Positions 20,501-30,600 of a stretch of 64,000 nucleotides of DNA are shown one piece after another. The notes beneath the pieces are model-generated. The model did not search any database, was not told where the DNA came from, and saw nothing but the letters and a program-made list of their open reading frames with translations. Source of the DNA: Bacteroides sp. (lineage in GTDB: Bacteria; Bacteroidota; Bacteroidia; Bacteroidales; Bacteroidaceae); NCBI GenBank assembly GCA_036652495.1, contig JAVVVS010000001.1:76240-140239 (forward strand), in the 5' to 3' direction. Position numbers and translations under genes: made by a program. Every line of letters starts with the position of its first letter. Positions within the stretch are counted from its first letter, which is position 1.

Positions 20501-22095
20501 ACCTCACCCTGGAGCACTTCCCCTTCAACATCGCCAACGCCTTTGTACCCGACCAGCTGCTTGCCCTCTCGGGCGATATGGACGGCGAGCTTCACCTCAC
20601 CGGCGACACCGACCATCCGCTACTCAACGGACAGTTGGTGCTGGACAGCGTCTCCGTCTACGCCCGGCAAGCAGGCGCCCGCTTCCGCTTCGACAACCGC
20701 CCCGTGCCGGTGACCAACAGCCGGGTGCTTTTCGAAAGCTTCGCCCTCTTCACCACTAGTCAGAACCCCTTCACCATCGACGGCTATGTGGATTTCCGCG
20801 ACCTCAGCCGCCCCCTCGCCAACCTGAAGATGCAAGCCAACAACTACACTCTGCTCCAAGCTAAACGTACCCGCGAAAGCCTACTCTACGGCAAGGTGCT
20901 GGTAGATTTCCACTCCACCATGCGCGGCTCCTTCTCCGACCTGACTCTACGAGGCAACATGAACCTGCTGGGCAGCACCGACGTGACCTACGTGATGACC
21001 GACTCCCCCTTAAGCGTACAGGACCGGCTGAACGACCTGGTGACTTTCCGCGCCTTCAGCGACACCACCACGGTAGATAAGAACGCCGCCCCTTCCGTCT
21101 CTCTGGGCGGGCTGAACATGATCATGGCAGTGCAGATTGACCCCTCCGTCCGTCTGAAGGTAGATCTCAATGCCGACCGCAGCAATCGCGTGGAACTGGA
21201 AGGCGGGGGCAACCTCACCCTGCGCTACACTCCGCAAGGCGACCTCACCCTCACCGGACGCTACACCCTCTCGGGAGGACTCCTCAAATACGCCCTACCC
21301 GTCATCCCTCTCAAAGAATTCAGCATCAACAACGGCAGCTATGTAGAGTGGACGGGCAACCCGATGGACCCAGCGCTCAACTTCACCGCCACCGAACGCC
21401 TCCGCGCTTCTGTGGGCGGAGGAGACAACTCCGAATCGCGCATGGTGAATTTCGATGTCTCCATCGGGATGAAGAACCGGATGGAAGATCTTGCCCTCGC
21501 CTTCGACCTCACCGCCCCCGACGATGCCACCGTGCAGAGCCAGCTCACCGCCATGGGCGCTGAAGAGCGCAACAAGCAGGCCATCGCCCTCATGGTGACA
21601 GGCTTCTACCTCGCCAACACGGGCAGCTCGGGCGGGCTCAACATGGGGTCGGCACTCAACAGCGTGCTCACCAGCCAAATCAACGCCCTAGTGGGAAACA
21701 TCAAAAATACCAGCCTATCCGTGGGCGTAGAAGACCACAGCAACGCTGAGACAGGAGACAAACGCACCGATTACAGCTTCCGCTATTCGCAGCGCTTCTT
21801 CAACGATCGCTTTCAAATCATCCTCGGCGGCAAGGTATCCACGGGTGCCAACGCCTCCAACAGCGCAGAATCATTCATCGACAACGTCTCTCTGGAGTAC
21901 CGCCTCGACGCCTCTAGCAGCCGCTACGTACGTTTGTTCTACAACAAGAATTACGAAAGTGTGCTCGAAGGCGAAATCACCGAAACCGGCGTGGGACTCG
22001 TACTCCGCAAAAAGATGGACCGACTGGGCGAACTCTTCCTCTTCCGCCGCAAAGAAAACAAATACCGCCCCCAGAAGGACGGCGAACAAAAATAA
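17548..22095 (+). CDS. tamB: Translocation/assembly module TamB-domain protein
   Basis: N-terminal TM anchor (LLYIPPVQN), long beta-rich body, C-terminal TamB/DUF490 region (WTGNPMDPALNFTA, ETGVGLVLRK); upstream of an Omp85 gene. Start placed at ATG 17548, after the promoter. Confidence 0.88.
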   Translation: MKRTVIRWAVRIALTPVLLFVILMVLLYIPPVQNLLCGIATSTASRATGMQITAGRIDLRFPLNLLVTDVTVVQAPDTLLAMGSLNIRVQALPLFRGKVEVDDITLHNATVNSAHLLQGMRLRGVLGHFTLRSHGIDLRRQTVVINRAELTNTHLHLTLRDTTETPADTASVPLRWKINLQEMKLANVSVHLTLPADSLRMATRIGTATMEDAHIDLGSDTYGFRQFRLAAGSVRYDEGRKAPVRGLDPAHIALRNIRMDIDSVLYHGRSMNAVLRQASMDERSGLAITSLTGRIQADNSLLRIPTLRLLTPHSEVNFAAQTYWELIDVPTTGRLGAQFTALIGKQDLMLASGAAPDDATAAFWAAYPFRPLMVRASTDGNLKQLQLSRFSVNLPGAFALSGKGELRHLADSLKRSGSADLRMQTADLDFLTTLITNAAKPTANTFILPNQMELTAHLGMDGPHYQARLDLHDGEGRVNAQADFDARTQTYRANLAVEALQLTHFLPRDSLYELSASASASGKGLDFRSRHTTARLTATLDELHYAHYYLSDITLAADLHASSATARLTSGNDLLGMTATADYNLAAPYPDGQLTMDVSHIDLYELRLAPRPMKRPLAFHFEAEARKATFTTRLRAGDLHLDLEASQGLQPFLRQSTHFAHVLQGQIDDRLLDHKALRQALPSALFSLSAGEENPLAWYLATKDIGYGSLTAKFGSAPSQGINGYAAIRALHVDTLLLDTVYFAARQDTARMNLHAGVINAPTNPQRSFKASLTGEIRTNDAELTTRYENGKGELGMLLGVNIRPLTGGHGKGNGLAFSFTPQEPVIAFQKFRFEEGHNWLYLHKNKRAFASIDLVGPEDMAFRMHSILADTTSLQNMDIALQRIKLSDVSSVLPYFPALSGLLSAEAHYIQKEKTLVLSAEASVDELTYEHQRVGDLTLGATWLPGDNGKQYVNSYLTHDKTEVLVADGALYPREHGKDNIEVNLTLEHFPFNIANAFVPDQLLALSGDMDGELHLTGDTDHPLLNGQLVLDSVSVYARQAGARFRFDNRPVPVTNSRVLFESFALFTTSQNPFTIDGYVDFRDLSRPLANLKMQANNYTLLQAKRTRESLLYGKVLVDFHSTMRGSFSDLTLRGNMNLLGSTDVTYVMTDSPLSVQDRLNDLVTFRAFSDTTTVDKNAAPSVSLGGLNMIMAVQIDPSVRLKVDLNADRSNRVELEGGGNLTLRYTPQGDLTLTGRYTLSGGLLKYALPVIPLKEFSINNGSYVEWTGNPMDPALNFTATERLRASVGGGDNSESRMVNFDVSIGMKNRMEDLALAFDLTAPDDATVQSQLTAMGAEERNKQAIALMVTGFYLANTGSSGGLNMGSALNSVLTSQINALVGNIKNTSLSVGVEDHSNAETGDKRTDYSFRYSQRFFNDRFQIILGGKVSTGANASNSAESFIDNVSLEYRLDASSSRYVRLFYNKNYESVLEGEITETGVGLVLRKKMDRLGELFLFRRKENKYRPQKDGEQK

Positions 22096-22110
22096 ACAAA
22101 CCATAGAAAG

Positions 22111-24468
22111 ATGAGAAATACCTACCGAGAAAGAGCCGCCCGCTTGATCCGCACCGCCTTAGGCGGTGTGCTGGCAGGGCTGGCAGCCGCCTGCTCCACC
22201 ACCTCCCACCTCCCCGAGGGCGAGGTGCTTTATACCGGTGGCACCACCACCTACGTCAGCCGCTCGCTCACACCCGTAGGCAACACCGCCATCACCGAGA
22301 TAGACGCCGCCCTGGATAAAACGCCGAGTACGAAGCTGCTTTACGTGCTGCCCATTCCCTTCGGGCTCTGGGTGTACAACAGCTTCGTTAAGTACGAACA
22401 CGGCTTCGGGCACTGGATCTTCAATCGCTTTGCCGCCAAACCTGTGTTCATTTCTACTGTCAACCCCGACGTACGCGCCAAGGTGGGCACCAATCTGCTG
22501 CGGGACTATGGCTATTTCAACGGCTCGGTGACGGCGAAAACCCTCCCAGATGCCCAGCATCCCCGGAAAGCTGCCGTAGCTTACCGGGTGGACATGCGCA
22601 ACCCTTACTTCATCGACTCCGTGTACTACGAGCGCTTCACCCCGCCCACCCTCGAGCTTTTGGAACACGGACGACGCAACTCGTTGCTCTCCGCCGGCGA
22701 GCAGTTCAACGTGCCCGATCTCGATGCCGAGCGCAGCCGTTTGAGCACCCTGCTGCGCAACCGCGGCTACTTCTACTTCCGTCCCGACTATATGACGTAT
22801 CAGGCAGACACGACCCTTGTGCCCGGCGGGCACGTCAGCCTCAAGTTGCTGCCCGTACCGGGATTGCCCGAGGAGGCACAACGCCCTTATTACGTGAGCA
22901 CCACCACCCGCATCTCGATCTTGGGCAAAAACGGCGAAGCCACTAACGACAGCCTCCGTTATAAGAGTCTGGACATCCACTTCTTCAACCGCTTGCAGGT
23001 GCGCCCCAAGCAACTTTATCGCTGGGTGAACTACCAAGCCTTTGTGCGCAACGACAGTTTGCGCCACTCACAGCAACTGCGCCTCTACAGTCAACAACGC
23101 CAGCAGCGTATCCAAGAGCGTCTCAGCCAGCTGGGCATCTTCCGCTACCTCGACCTGCAATACACCCCGCAAGACAGCACCGCCACGTGCGACTCGCTCG
23201 GCGTGCATCTGCAAGCCACCTTCGATAAGCCGCTAGATGCCGAGCTGAACTTCAACCTCACCAGCAAGAGCAACAACCAGATGGGTCCCGGAGCTTCGTT
23301 CTCCGTCACCCGCAACAATGTCTTTGGCGGAGGCGAGACGTGGAACGTGAAGCTCACCGGCTCCTACGAATGGCAGACCGGTGGCGGCAAGGGCAGCTCA
23401 CTGATGAACAGCTGGGAGATGGGCGTGTCTTCCTCCCTCGTCTTTCCCCGCGTAGTCTTCCCCCGCATGGGGAACAGGGAATACGATTTTCCCGCCAAGA
23501 CTACGTTCCGTCTCTATGCCGACCAGCTAAACCGGGCGAAATACTACAAATTGCTCTCATTCGGCGGCAATGCCACGTACGACTTCCAACCCTCGCGGGT
23601 GAGCCGCCACAGCTTGACGCCCTTCCGCCTTACGTTCAACGTGCTCCAACACAAAACGCTGGCGTTCGACTCCATCGCCACGCTCAATCCGGCACTCTAC
23701 ATCAGCCTCAAAGACCAGTTCATCCCTGCCATGGAATACAGCTATACGTATGACAATGCCGCACTACGCGGGGTGAAAAATCCCATCTGGTGGCAGACCA
23801 CCATGACCTCGGCGGGCAATTTGACATCCGTCATTTATCGTCTCTTCGGACAGCCCTTCGGGAAAAAAGAGAAGGAGCTGCTAGGTGCCCCCTTTGCCCA
23901 GTTCCTCAAGCTGAGCACGGATTTCCGCTATCAATGGAAGATAAACGAGAACCAGTCGGTCGCCACTCGGGTGGCAGGCGGCATCTTGTGGTCGTATGGC
24001 AACCGGAACGTAGCACCATACAATGAACAGTTCTATGCAGGGGGAGCGAACAGTATCCGCGCCTTCACCGTACGCAGCATCGGACCGGGCGGCTACCGTC
24101 CCGAAGTGTCGGACTACTCGTTCATCAACCAAAACGGAGACATTCGGATGGAAGCGAACGTGGAGTACCGCTTCCGCCTCTACAAGAGTCTGCACGGCGC
24201 CGCCTTCCTTGATGCAGGCAACGTGTGGTTGCTGCGTCACGACCCTGCCCGTCCCGAAGGGCAGTTGCACGCCTCCACCTTCGCCAAACAGATTGCACTG
24301 GGCACAGGCGTGGGCTTGCGTTACGATCTCGACTTCCTCATCTTCCGGCTCGACTGCGGCGTGCCGCTGCACGACCCTTACGACACGGGAAGAAAAAGCT
24401 ACTACAACATCCGAGGCGCCTTCTGGAAACAACTGGGCGTGCACTTTGCCATCGGCTATCCTTTCTAA
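22111..24468 (+). CDS. BamA/TamA (Omp85) family outer-membrane lipoprotein (TamL-like)
   Basis: Lipobox LAAAC-STT, POTRA-like GYF motifs, FYAGGANSIRAF, FLDAGNVW, C-terminal FAIGYPF. Confidence 0.92.
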   Translation: MRNTYRERAARLIRTALGGVLAGLAAACSTTSHLPEGEVLYTGGTTTYVSRSLTPVGNTAITEIDAALDKTPSTKLLYVLPIPFGLWVYNSFVKYEHGFGHWIFNRFAAKPVFISTVNPDVRAKVGTNLLRDYGYFNGSVTAKTLPDAQHPRKAAVAYRVDMRNPYFIDSVYYERFTPPTLELLEHGRRNSLLSAGEQFNVPDLDAERSRLSTLLRNRGYFYFRPDYMTYQADTTLVPGGHVSLKLLPVPGLPEEAQRPYYVSTTTRISILGKNGEATNDSLRYKSLDIHFFNRLQVRPKQLYRWVNYQAFVRNDSLRHSQQLRLYSQQRQQRIQERLSQLGIFRYLDLQYTPQDSTATCDSLGVHLQATFDKPLDAELNFNLTSKSNNQMGPGASFSVTRNNVFGGGETWNVKLTGSYEWQTGGGKGSSLMNSWEMGVSSSLVFPRVVFPRMGNREYDFPAKTTFRLYADQLNRAKYYKLLSFGGNATYDFQPSRVSRHSLTPFRLTFNVLQHKTLAFDSIATLNPALYISLKDQFIPAMEYSYTYDNAALRGVKNPIWWQTTMTSAGNLTSVIYRLFGQPFGKKEKELLGAPFAQFLKLSTDFRYQWKINENQSVATRVAGGILWSYGNRNVAPYNEQFYAGGANSIRAFTVRSIGPGGYRPEVSDYSFINQNGDIRMEANVEYRFRLYKSLHGAAFLDAGNVWLLRHDPARPEGQLHASTFAKQIALGTGVGLRYDLDFLIFRLDCGVPLHDPYDTGRKSYYNIRGAFWKQLGVHFAIGYPF

Positions 24469-24488
24469 AGACCATACCGAAAAAAAGA

Positions 24489-24529
24489 AAGTCCGTCACA
24501 CCAGCTACTGATGTGACGGACTTCTTTCT
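24489..24529 (+). terminator. Terminator after the omp85 gene
   Basis: AAGTCCGTCACA ... TGTGACGGACTT stem followed by CTTTCT. Confidence 0.7.
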
Positions 24530-24543
24530 CTAATGCGAAGCAT

Positions 24544-24770
24544 GGCAACCGCATCAGAAAGAAATCCTCTGCCGGGAGATAAGCCATCTTCTGCCGAAGG
24601 ATAATGAATCTTCTGACGGAAGATAACGACTCTTCCGCCGAGAGTTAGCCCATCTTCTGCCGAAAGTTAGCGTCCCGCACGGCTGCTTGGTTAGGACGGA
24701 TCGCGTTGTTCGTGTTCCTATTCCGCATAATCCGTGCTTCAAATAGAATCAAACTTTTGATGCGGTTGCC
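24544..24770 (-). repeat. Dispersed 22-bp-unit element, copy 2 (leader + 5 units, 13-bp terminal inverted repeats; MITE/REP-like)
   Basis: GGCAACCGCATCA (24544-24556) and TGATGCGGTTGCC (24758-24770). Five exact 22-bp minus-strand units: TAACTTTCGGCAGAAGATGGGC, TAACTCTCGGCGGAAGAGTCGT, TATCTTCCGTCAGAAGATTCAT, TATCCTTCGGCAGAAGATGGCT, TATCTCCCGGCAGAGGATTTCT. Confidence 0.88.
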
Positions 24771-24795
24771 CTGAATGCAGAGAAAGATTCGCGGG

Positions 24796-25743
24796 TTACT
24801 TAATGGGCTTTAAGTTCTTATCCAACTTTAGCACATCCACTCTCTGGTCATCCGCATTCTCCACCGAAAGAATGATCTCGCCGGCTGCATTCTCCGTCAT
24901 CTCGATATCCCATTCAGCAGGGTTATCTTCACCGGTGAGGACAATCAGTTGAGCCAGCTGTTCTTTGTCCAAGATTGTCTTGATAAACTCCGGCAGCTGC
25001 TCCTCATCAATGTCAACCAGAGCAAAGACAAACTCAAACTTCGGGTTGAAGACCAACAGTTTTTCCAAAGAAAAGCCCATTTGAGTGACTAATATCTCCA
25101 CACCATACGCCTTAGTGGTGGCATTTTGCTCGTAGTCGAGAATAATGGCACCTGGATAGTGCAGGTTCACATAACTGGTAAGCACTTGCGGGCAAGGCAA
25201 ATTCTCCTCCAGTGCATCTTCCGCATCTTCGGCATCTTTCACCAAGACACCGTCAAGGGTAAAGTAAAGTTCGCGCTCCACGTTGCCTTTCTCTACCTCT
25301 ATTTTGATCACCCGATCTTTAGCGTCATCACTCCGTTGCAACAAATCAATATCGTCTATTACATATCCCTCTTTGAAATACCTCGTCGCCTTCCATGCTG
25401 CAAATACCTTAGGATACGTCATTTCCAGCTCAGCTGCCGAAAGTTCCAGTTCGCTCAGCCTGCAAACACCGTCGTTGGTGTACCAAGCCTCATTCATAAG
25501 TTTGCCATCGGCCTCTGCCCGGCTTTTAGTCGATGCCAGCAAGAAGCTAGCTACATGATAATCATTCTTTTCCGTCCACTTCACATCCCTCGCGTTCGGG
25601 AATTGTTTACTAAACGCCTCATACACCGCCTTCGGCAGATTGTCAGGGCACACTGTCCAACCGGATTCATCATCATTGCTGCAGGCAGCAAAAAGCACCA
25701 TCGCTAGTCCGAAGAATAGCTTCACAAAATTCTTTTTTATCAT
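24796..25743 (-). CDS. PepSY-like (DUF2874, BLIP-like) domain lipoprotein
   Basis: Lipobox FAAC-SNDDE; repeated LPxAVxxAFxxxFPNA / CPQVLTSYVNLHYPGA units. -7 box TATCTTTG at 25770-25777 on the minus strand. Confidence 0.75.
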   Translation of the reverse strand: MIKKNFVKLFFGLAMVLFAACSNDDESGWTVCPDNLPKAVYEAFSKQFPNARDVKWTEKNDYHVASFLLASTKSRAEADGKLMNEAWYTNDGVCRLSELELSAAELEMTYPKVFAAWKATRYFKEGYVIDDIDLLQRSDDAKDRVIKIEVEKGNVERELYFTLDGVLVKDAEDAEDALEENLPCPQVLTSYVNLHYPGAIILDYEQNATTKAYGVEILVTQMGFSLEKLLVFNPKFEFVFALVDIDEEQLPEFIKTILDKEQLAQLIVLTGEDNPAEWDIEMTENAAGEIILSVENADDQRVDVLKLDKNLKPIK

Positions 25744-25909
25744 ACTGCTTGTATTATTTGGTTCGGAGGCAAAGATAAAACAAGAAAATGATATTTCACA
25801 CCGTTAACACAAAAGAATGAGCTTAAAGAACAGGGAGCAACGGTATATTTTTGTATTTTTGCATCGTATTGAAGGGAATATTACTAACCTTTTAAAAATA
25901 AACACTGTT

Positions 25910-26815
25910 ATGAAACCTACTTTATTTGTACTCGCTGCCGGCATGGGCAGCCGTTACGGAGGACTGAAGCAGCTGGACGGACTCGGTCCCAACGGCGAAA
26001 CCATTATGGACTATTCCATCTACGATGCCATCCGCGGCGGATTCGGCAAAGTCGTATTTGTCATCCGCAAAGATTTTGAACAAGACTTCCGCGACAAGAT
26101 TCTGAGCAAATACATCAACCACATTCCCGTGGAGCTCACCTTCCAAGCCTTAGACAATCTGCCCGAAGGCTTCACTTGCCCCGCCGACCGCGTAAAACCT
26201 TGGGGAACCAACCACGCTGTGCTGATGGGCAAGGACGTGATTCACGAACCATTTGCCGTCATTAATGCCGATGACTTCTACGGTCGCGACAGCTTCGCCG
26301 TACTCGGCGCCGAACTAAGCACAATGGGCGGAAAGAAGAATGACTATTGCATGGTGGGCTATCGCGTGGGTAACACGTTGAGCGAAAGCGGGTCAGTGGC
26401 TCGCGGCGTTTGCGGCACTGATGCCGGAGGCTATCTCACCACCGTTGTTGAACGTACCGCCATTGAACGTATCGACGGCAAAGTTTCTTTCAAAAACGAC
26501 GAAACCGGGCAGATGGATACCATCGGTGACAATACGCCCGTATCCATGAACATGTGGGGCTTCACACCCGACTACTTCGCCTACTCGGAAGAATTCTTCA
26601 AAGCTTTCCTCACCGAGAACATGAGCAACCTCAAATGCGAATACTTCATTCCGCTCATGGTCAACAAGCTGGTCAACGAAGGCACCGTCCGTGTGAAAGT
26701 ATTGGATACTACCAGCAAATGGTTCGGAGTGACCTATGCCGCCGACCGTCAAGGCGTAGTGGACAAAATTCAGGAATTAGTCAACGCTGGCGAATATCCT
26801 CCCAAGCTCTTCTAA
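25910..26815 (+). CDS. Sugar-phosphate nucleotidyltransferase-family protein
   Basis: LAAGMGSRYGGLKQ, KPWGTNHA, VINADDFYG. Start at ATG 25910, after TATTTTTG (25854-25861). Confidence 0.88.
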   Translation: MKPTLFVLAAGMGSRYGGLKQLDGLGPNGETIMDYSIYDAIRGGFGKVVFVIRKDFEQDFRDKILSKYINHIPVELTFQALDNLPEGFTCPADRVKPWGTNHAVLMGKDVIHEPFAVINADDFYGRDSFAVLGAELSTMGGKKNDYCMVGYRVGNTLSESGSVARGVCGTDAGGYLTTVVERTAIERIDGKVSFKNDETGQMDTIGDNTPVSMNMWGFTPDYFAYSEEFFKAFLTENMSNLKCEYFIPLMVNKLVNEGTVRVKVLDTTSKWFGVTYAADRQGVVDKIQELVNAGEYPPKLF

Positions 26816-26833
26816 GCTATCCCGGCAAACAAA

Positions 26834-26875
26834 ACCAAAAAAAGAGGGAACCGAACGGTTCCCTCTTTTTTTGGT
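26834..26875. terminator. Bidirectional intrinsic terminator
   Basis: ACCAAAAAAAGAGGGAACCG-AA-CGGTTCCCTCTTTTTTTGGT between convergent genes. Confidence 0.9.
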
Positions 26876-26891
26876 GACAAACGTGCCTCAT

Positions 26892-27533
26892 TTATTCAAA
26901 CTCCAGCGACCCGAAGAAGTCGGGACGATGGAAATCCGGATTCTCTATCTCAATGGGATTCCAAGAAAGAAAGTGAGGTGTTTGCAATTCGTCACCGCAC
27001 TTATAGAAGTTAGCAGGCACCGTCACCCCGTCAAGCGACGTAATTTGATGCTGAAAGAAGACCGTATAAGGAATGATAAGCGCCACTTCCCAAGAAGTCT
27101 CGCCAACTTGCTCTTCAAAAGGCTTGCACCCCAGCGTCGACCAACGTTGCACTTGATCCAACACATCTTGCGGAGCATGTTCCCGATTCTGTCTTCCGGC
27201 ACCGGCACCCATCAAAATAGTTCCAATACAATTGCACTCCAGATTGTAATAAATGCCGTCACTAGCTGGGAGAGAGAAGAACTCCACACACGAGTCCGTC
27301 CAAACCGAACCATTATCTTCTCCATACTTTGCACGTACGCTGGATTCTTTCACACTAAAATGCAACAGAATAGCATTTTCCGTATGTGCCATACGAAATT
27401 CCACCCTGGGCTTGTAGGGATAAGCTGCCCAATTGACATGATCTATAGGTTGAAAACCGATTCTCTCTTCATCTAGTAGCTCGGGAAGTTCACAGACTTC
27501 AACATTGGCTACACTGATTTTCCTTACTTTCAT
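26892..27533 (-). CDS. Carbohydrate-binding family 9-like (DOMON/CBM9_2) protein
   Basis: VWTDSCVEFF, YYNLECNCIG, ANFYKCGD, PDFHRPDFFG motifs. Confidence 0.85.
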   Translation of the reverse strand: MKVRKISVANVEVCELPELLDEERIGFQPIDHVNWAAYPYKPRVEFRMAHTENAILLHFSVKESSVRAKYGEDNGSVWTDSCVEFFSLPASDGIYYNLECNCIGTILMGAGAGRQNREHAPQDVLDQVQRWSTLGCKPFEEQVGETSWEVALIIPYTVFFQHQITSLDGVTVPANFYKCGDELQTPHFLSWNPIEIENPDFHRPDFFGSLEFE

Positions 27534-27582
27534 AATTCTTTATTTTGAGGCATAATAGTTTATTGACGATATACACAACGTA

Positions 27583-27643
27583 CAAATGTAAGCACTTTCT
27601 TTTAATAAGTGCTAGAACATTCAAACAAAAAGTGATATATTTG
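27583..27643. promoter_or_regulatory. Divergent -7 boxes for the CBM9-like gene (-) and the HTCS (+)
   Basis: TACATTTG on the minus strand (27583-27590) and TATATTTG on the plus strand (27636-27643). Confidence 0.6.
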
Positions 27644-27664
27644 TGCCTATCACCTCTTAACCTC

Positions 27665-30600
27665 ATGAAACAAGTGAAAAAGCTCGCCCTTTTATTCCTT
27701 CTTATATTGAATGTAGCTGCAGTCCGCACACAAGGGCAAAACATTACCTTCAGCCATCTGACCACTGATGACGGACTCTCGCAATTCTCTGTGAACAGTC
27801 TCTACGTAGACGAAAATGGCGTCTTATGGATTGGCACCCGCGAAGGGTTGAATCGCTACAACGGCAACGACATCAAAACCTACAAGCTGCAAAAGAACAA
27901 TCCCAATAGCCTGTTCTGCAACACCGTGCTCCGAATCGTCGGCAATCACAACGGGAAAGTATACTTGCTCTGCACTGATGGAGTAGCCGAATTTGACCTC
28001 ACCACCCAGCAGTTCAAAACCCTCATCCAAGGAAATGTAAACGGCATCTACTACAAAGAACGGCTCTTCATCGGAAAGAAGGATGAAGTGTACGCCTTCA
28101 ACGAAAAGACGGGCAACTTCGATTTATACTATCATGTAGCGGGAAAAAACGTTGCCATTTCTTGCCTGCACCTCGACAGCAAAGGAAGCCTCTGGATAGG
28201 CACCGAAAACAATGGAGTCTATAAACTGCGTTCCAACAAACAACTCACTCACCCCATAGAAACAGGCAACATCACCAGCATCTATCAAGACTCAAAAAAA
28301 GAACTCTGGATAGGAAGCTGGGAAGAAGGACTGTACCGCGTCCGGAACGACGAAAGCATTGAGAACTTGCGGCACCATCCGGCAGACCCGCACTCCCTGT
28401 CATCCGACTTTGTACGCTCATGTTGCGAAGATGACGCAGGCAACCTCTGGATTGGTACCTTTAAGGGACTGAACTGCTACTGTAGAACGTCCGGACGGAT
28501 GACCAATTACACCTCGAGCATGGACAAGACAGAAGGACTCACGCACTCGTCCATCTGGTGCATTGTCAAAGATTCACAAGGAACCCTCTGGTTGGGCACT
28601 TACTTTGGCGGAGTGAACTACTTCAATCCTGAATACGAAATCTATACCCGCTATAAGACCGCAGACAACGAACAGAACGGACTCAGCAGCCCCATCGTAG
28701 GGCGTATGATTGAAGACAAGACAGGACATCTGTGGATTGGCACCGAAGGCGGCGGAGTGAACATCTACGACCGAAAGAACGGTACCTTCCGGTGGCTTCT
28801 TCAAGAAGAAGGACGCAACAGCTTGTCGCATAACAACGTCAAAGCCATCTACTACGACGAAAAAAAGGAACTCATGTGGATAGGCACTCACTTGGGCGGA
28901 CTGAACAAACTGGACTTGCGCACCCATCAATTCACGCACTACCGGATGAACGGCAGCGACCCCTGCTCGCTTCCATCGGATATTATCCGCGACATCACGC
29001 CCTACAATGACCAGCTCATTGTAGGCACACAAAACGGAGTCTGCCTCTTCGACCCGCCAACGGGAAAGTGCAAGCAACTGTTTAAAGACTCGAAGGAAGG
29101 ACACGCCATCAAGATGATTGCCGATTTATTCATCGACAAAGACGGCACCCTTTGGATGGCAGTGACTGGAGAAGGCGTGTACGCCTACCGGTTCAACACC
29201 GGAAAGTTGAAGCACTACCCGCACAGCGACACGCCAAACAGCCTGAGCAATAACAACGTGAACAGCATCATGCAAGATAGTCAAGGACACCTCTGGTTCT
29301 CTACTTCAGGAAGCGGACTCGATCTGTTCCGCTTTGCAACAGACGATTTCGAAAACTTCGACCTGCAGAAGAACGGACTCTCCAGCGATTGCATCTACGA
29401 AGTCTGCGAGTCATCAATTTGGAAAGGGCAACTGCTGCTCATTACCAACCAGGGATTCTCGCAGTTCGACTACGCCAACCGCACGTTTCACAATTACAAC
29501 ACCGAAAACGGTTTCCCGCTGACCGCCGTCAACGAGAACGCACTCTACATCACCCGCGACGGCGAAGTCTTTCTAGGCGGCGTGCGGGGAATGATTTCTT
29601 TCCGCGAAAAGAGCCTGCACTTCCAGCCCAAGCCTTACAACATCATGCTCTCCCGGCTCTATGTCAACGGAAAAGAAGTGACGCCCGGTGACGAAACGGG
29701 CATCCTTAGCCAGGCTTTATACTGCACCAAGGGGATTACGCTGGAAGCTGACCAATCCATGTTCAGCATCGAATATGCCACGTCCAACTTCTTGCCCGCC
29801 AATCAAGACGAGATAAGTTACCAGCTGGAAGGCTTTTCCAACACTTGGAACAGCCTGAAGCGCCGACAAACCATTATCACCTATACCAACCTGAACCCCG
29901 GCACCTATACCTTACTCATCAAAGCCAAGAGCAAACTGACCAAAGAGGTACGCCTGCTCATCCATGTGCTGCCCCCTTGGTACAAAACGTGGTGGGCAAA
30001 CCTGCTTTACCTATTGATTGCCGGCAGCCTGTCCGCCTACCTGATACGTATCTACAAATCAAGAATCAAGTTGCGGGAGTCACTGAAGTACGAACAAAAG
30101 CATATCGAAGACATCGAGCGGCTCAACCAGTCAAAGCTGCGCTTCTTTACCAACATCTCGCACGAATTCCGCACACCACTCACCCTCATCGTAGGGCAGG
30201 TGGAGAGCTTGCTGCAAACTCAGATGTTCACCCCCACCCTCTACAGCAAGGTGCTCACCATCTATAAAAGCAGCATCCAACTACGCGAGCTCATTACCGA
30301 ACTGCTCGACTTCCGCAAGCAAGAACAAGGACACATGAAGATCAAAGCCAGCAGCCATAACCTCGTAAACTTCCTTTACGAAAACTACCTGCTTTTCCTT
30401 GAATATGCCAGCAGCAAACAAATCAACTTCAACTTCCACAAAGAAGAAGACGTGATAGAAGCCTGGTACGACCAGAAACAGTTGCAAAAGGTGATCAACA
30501 ACCTCCTCTCCAACGCCCTGAAGCACACCGTAGCCGAAGACACCATTTCCATCCACGTCAAACGCAAAGCCCCCCAGCAGATAGTCATCGAAATACGCGA

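Noticed and set aside
17548-24468. High GC and strong C-skew of tamB-omp85 as horizontal transfer
   Set aside because: These are core envelope genes, and the same C-ending codon bias is seen in many + strand genes, consistent with strand and expression bias.
24560-24669. 22-bp array as a mini-CRISPR
   Set aside because: The variable part is only 4-7 nt, units are degenerate and contiguous, and no cas genes are present.
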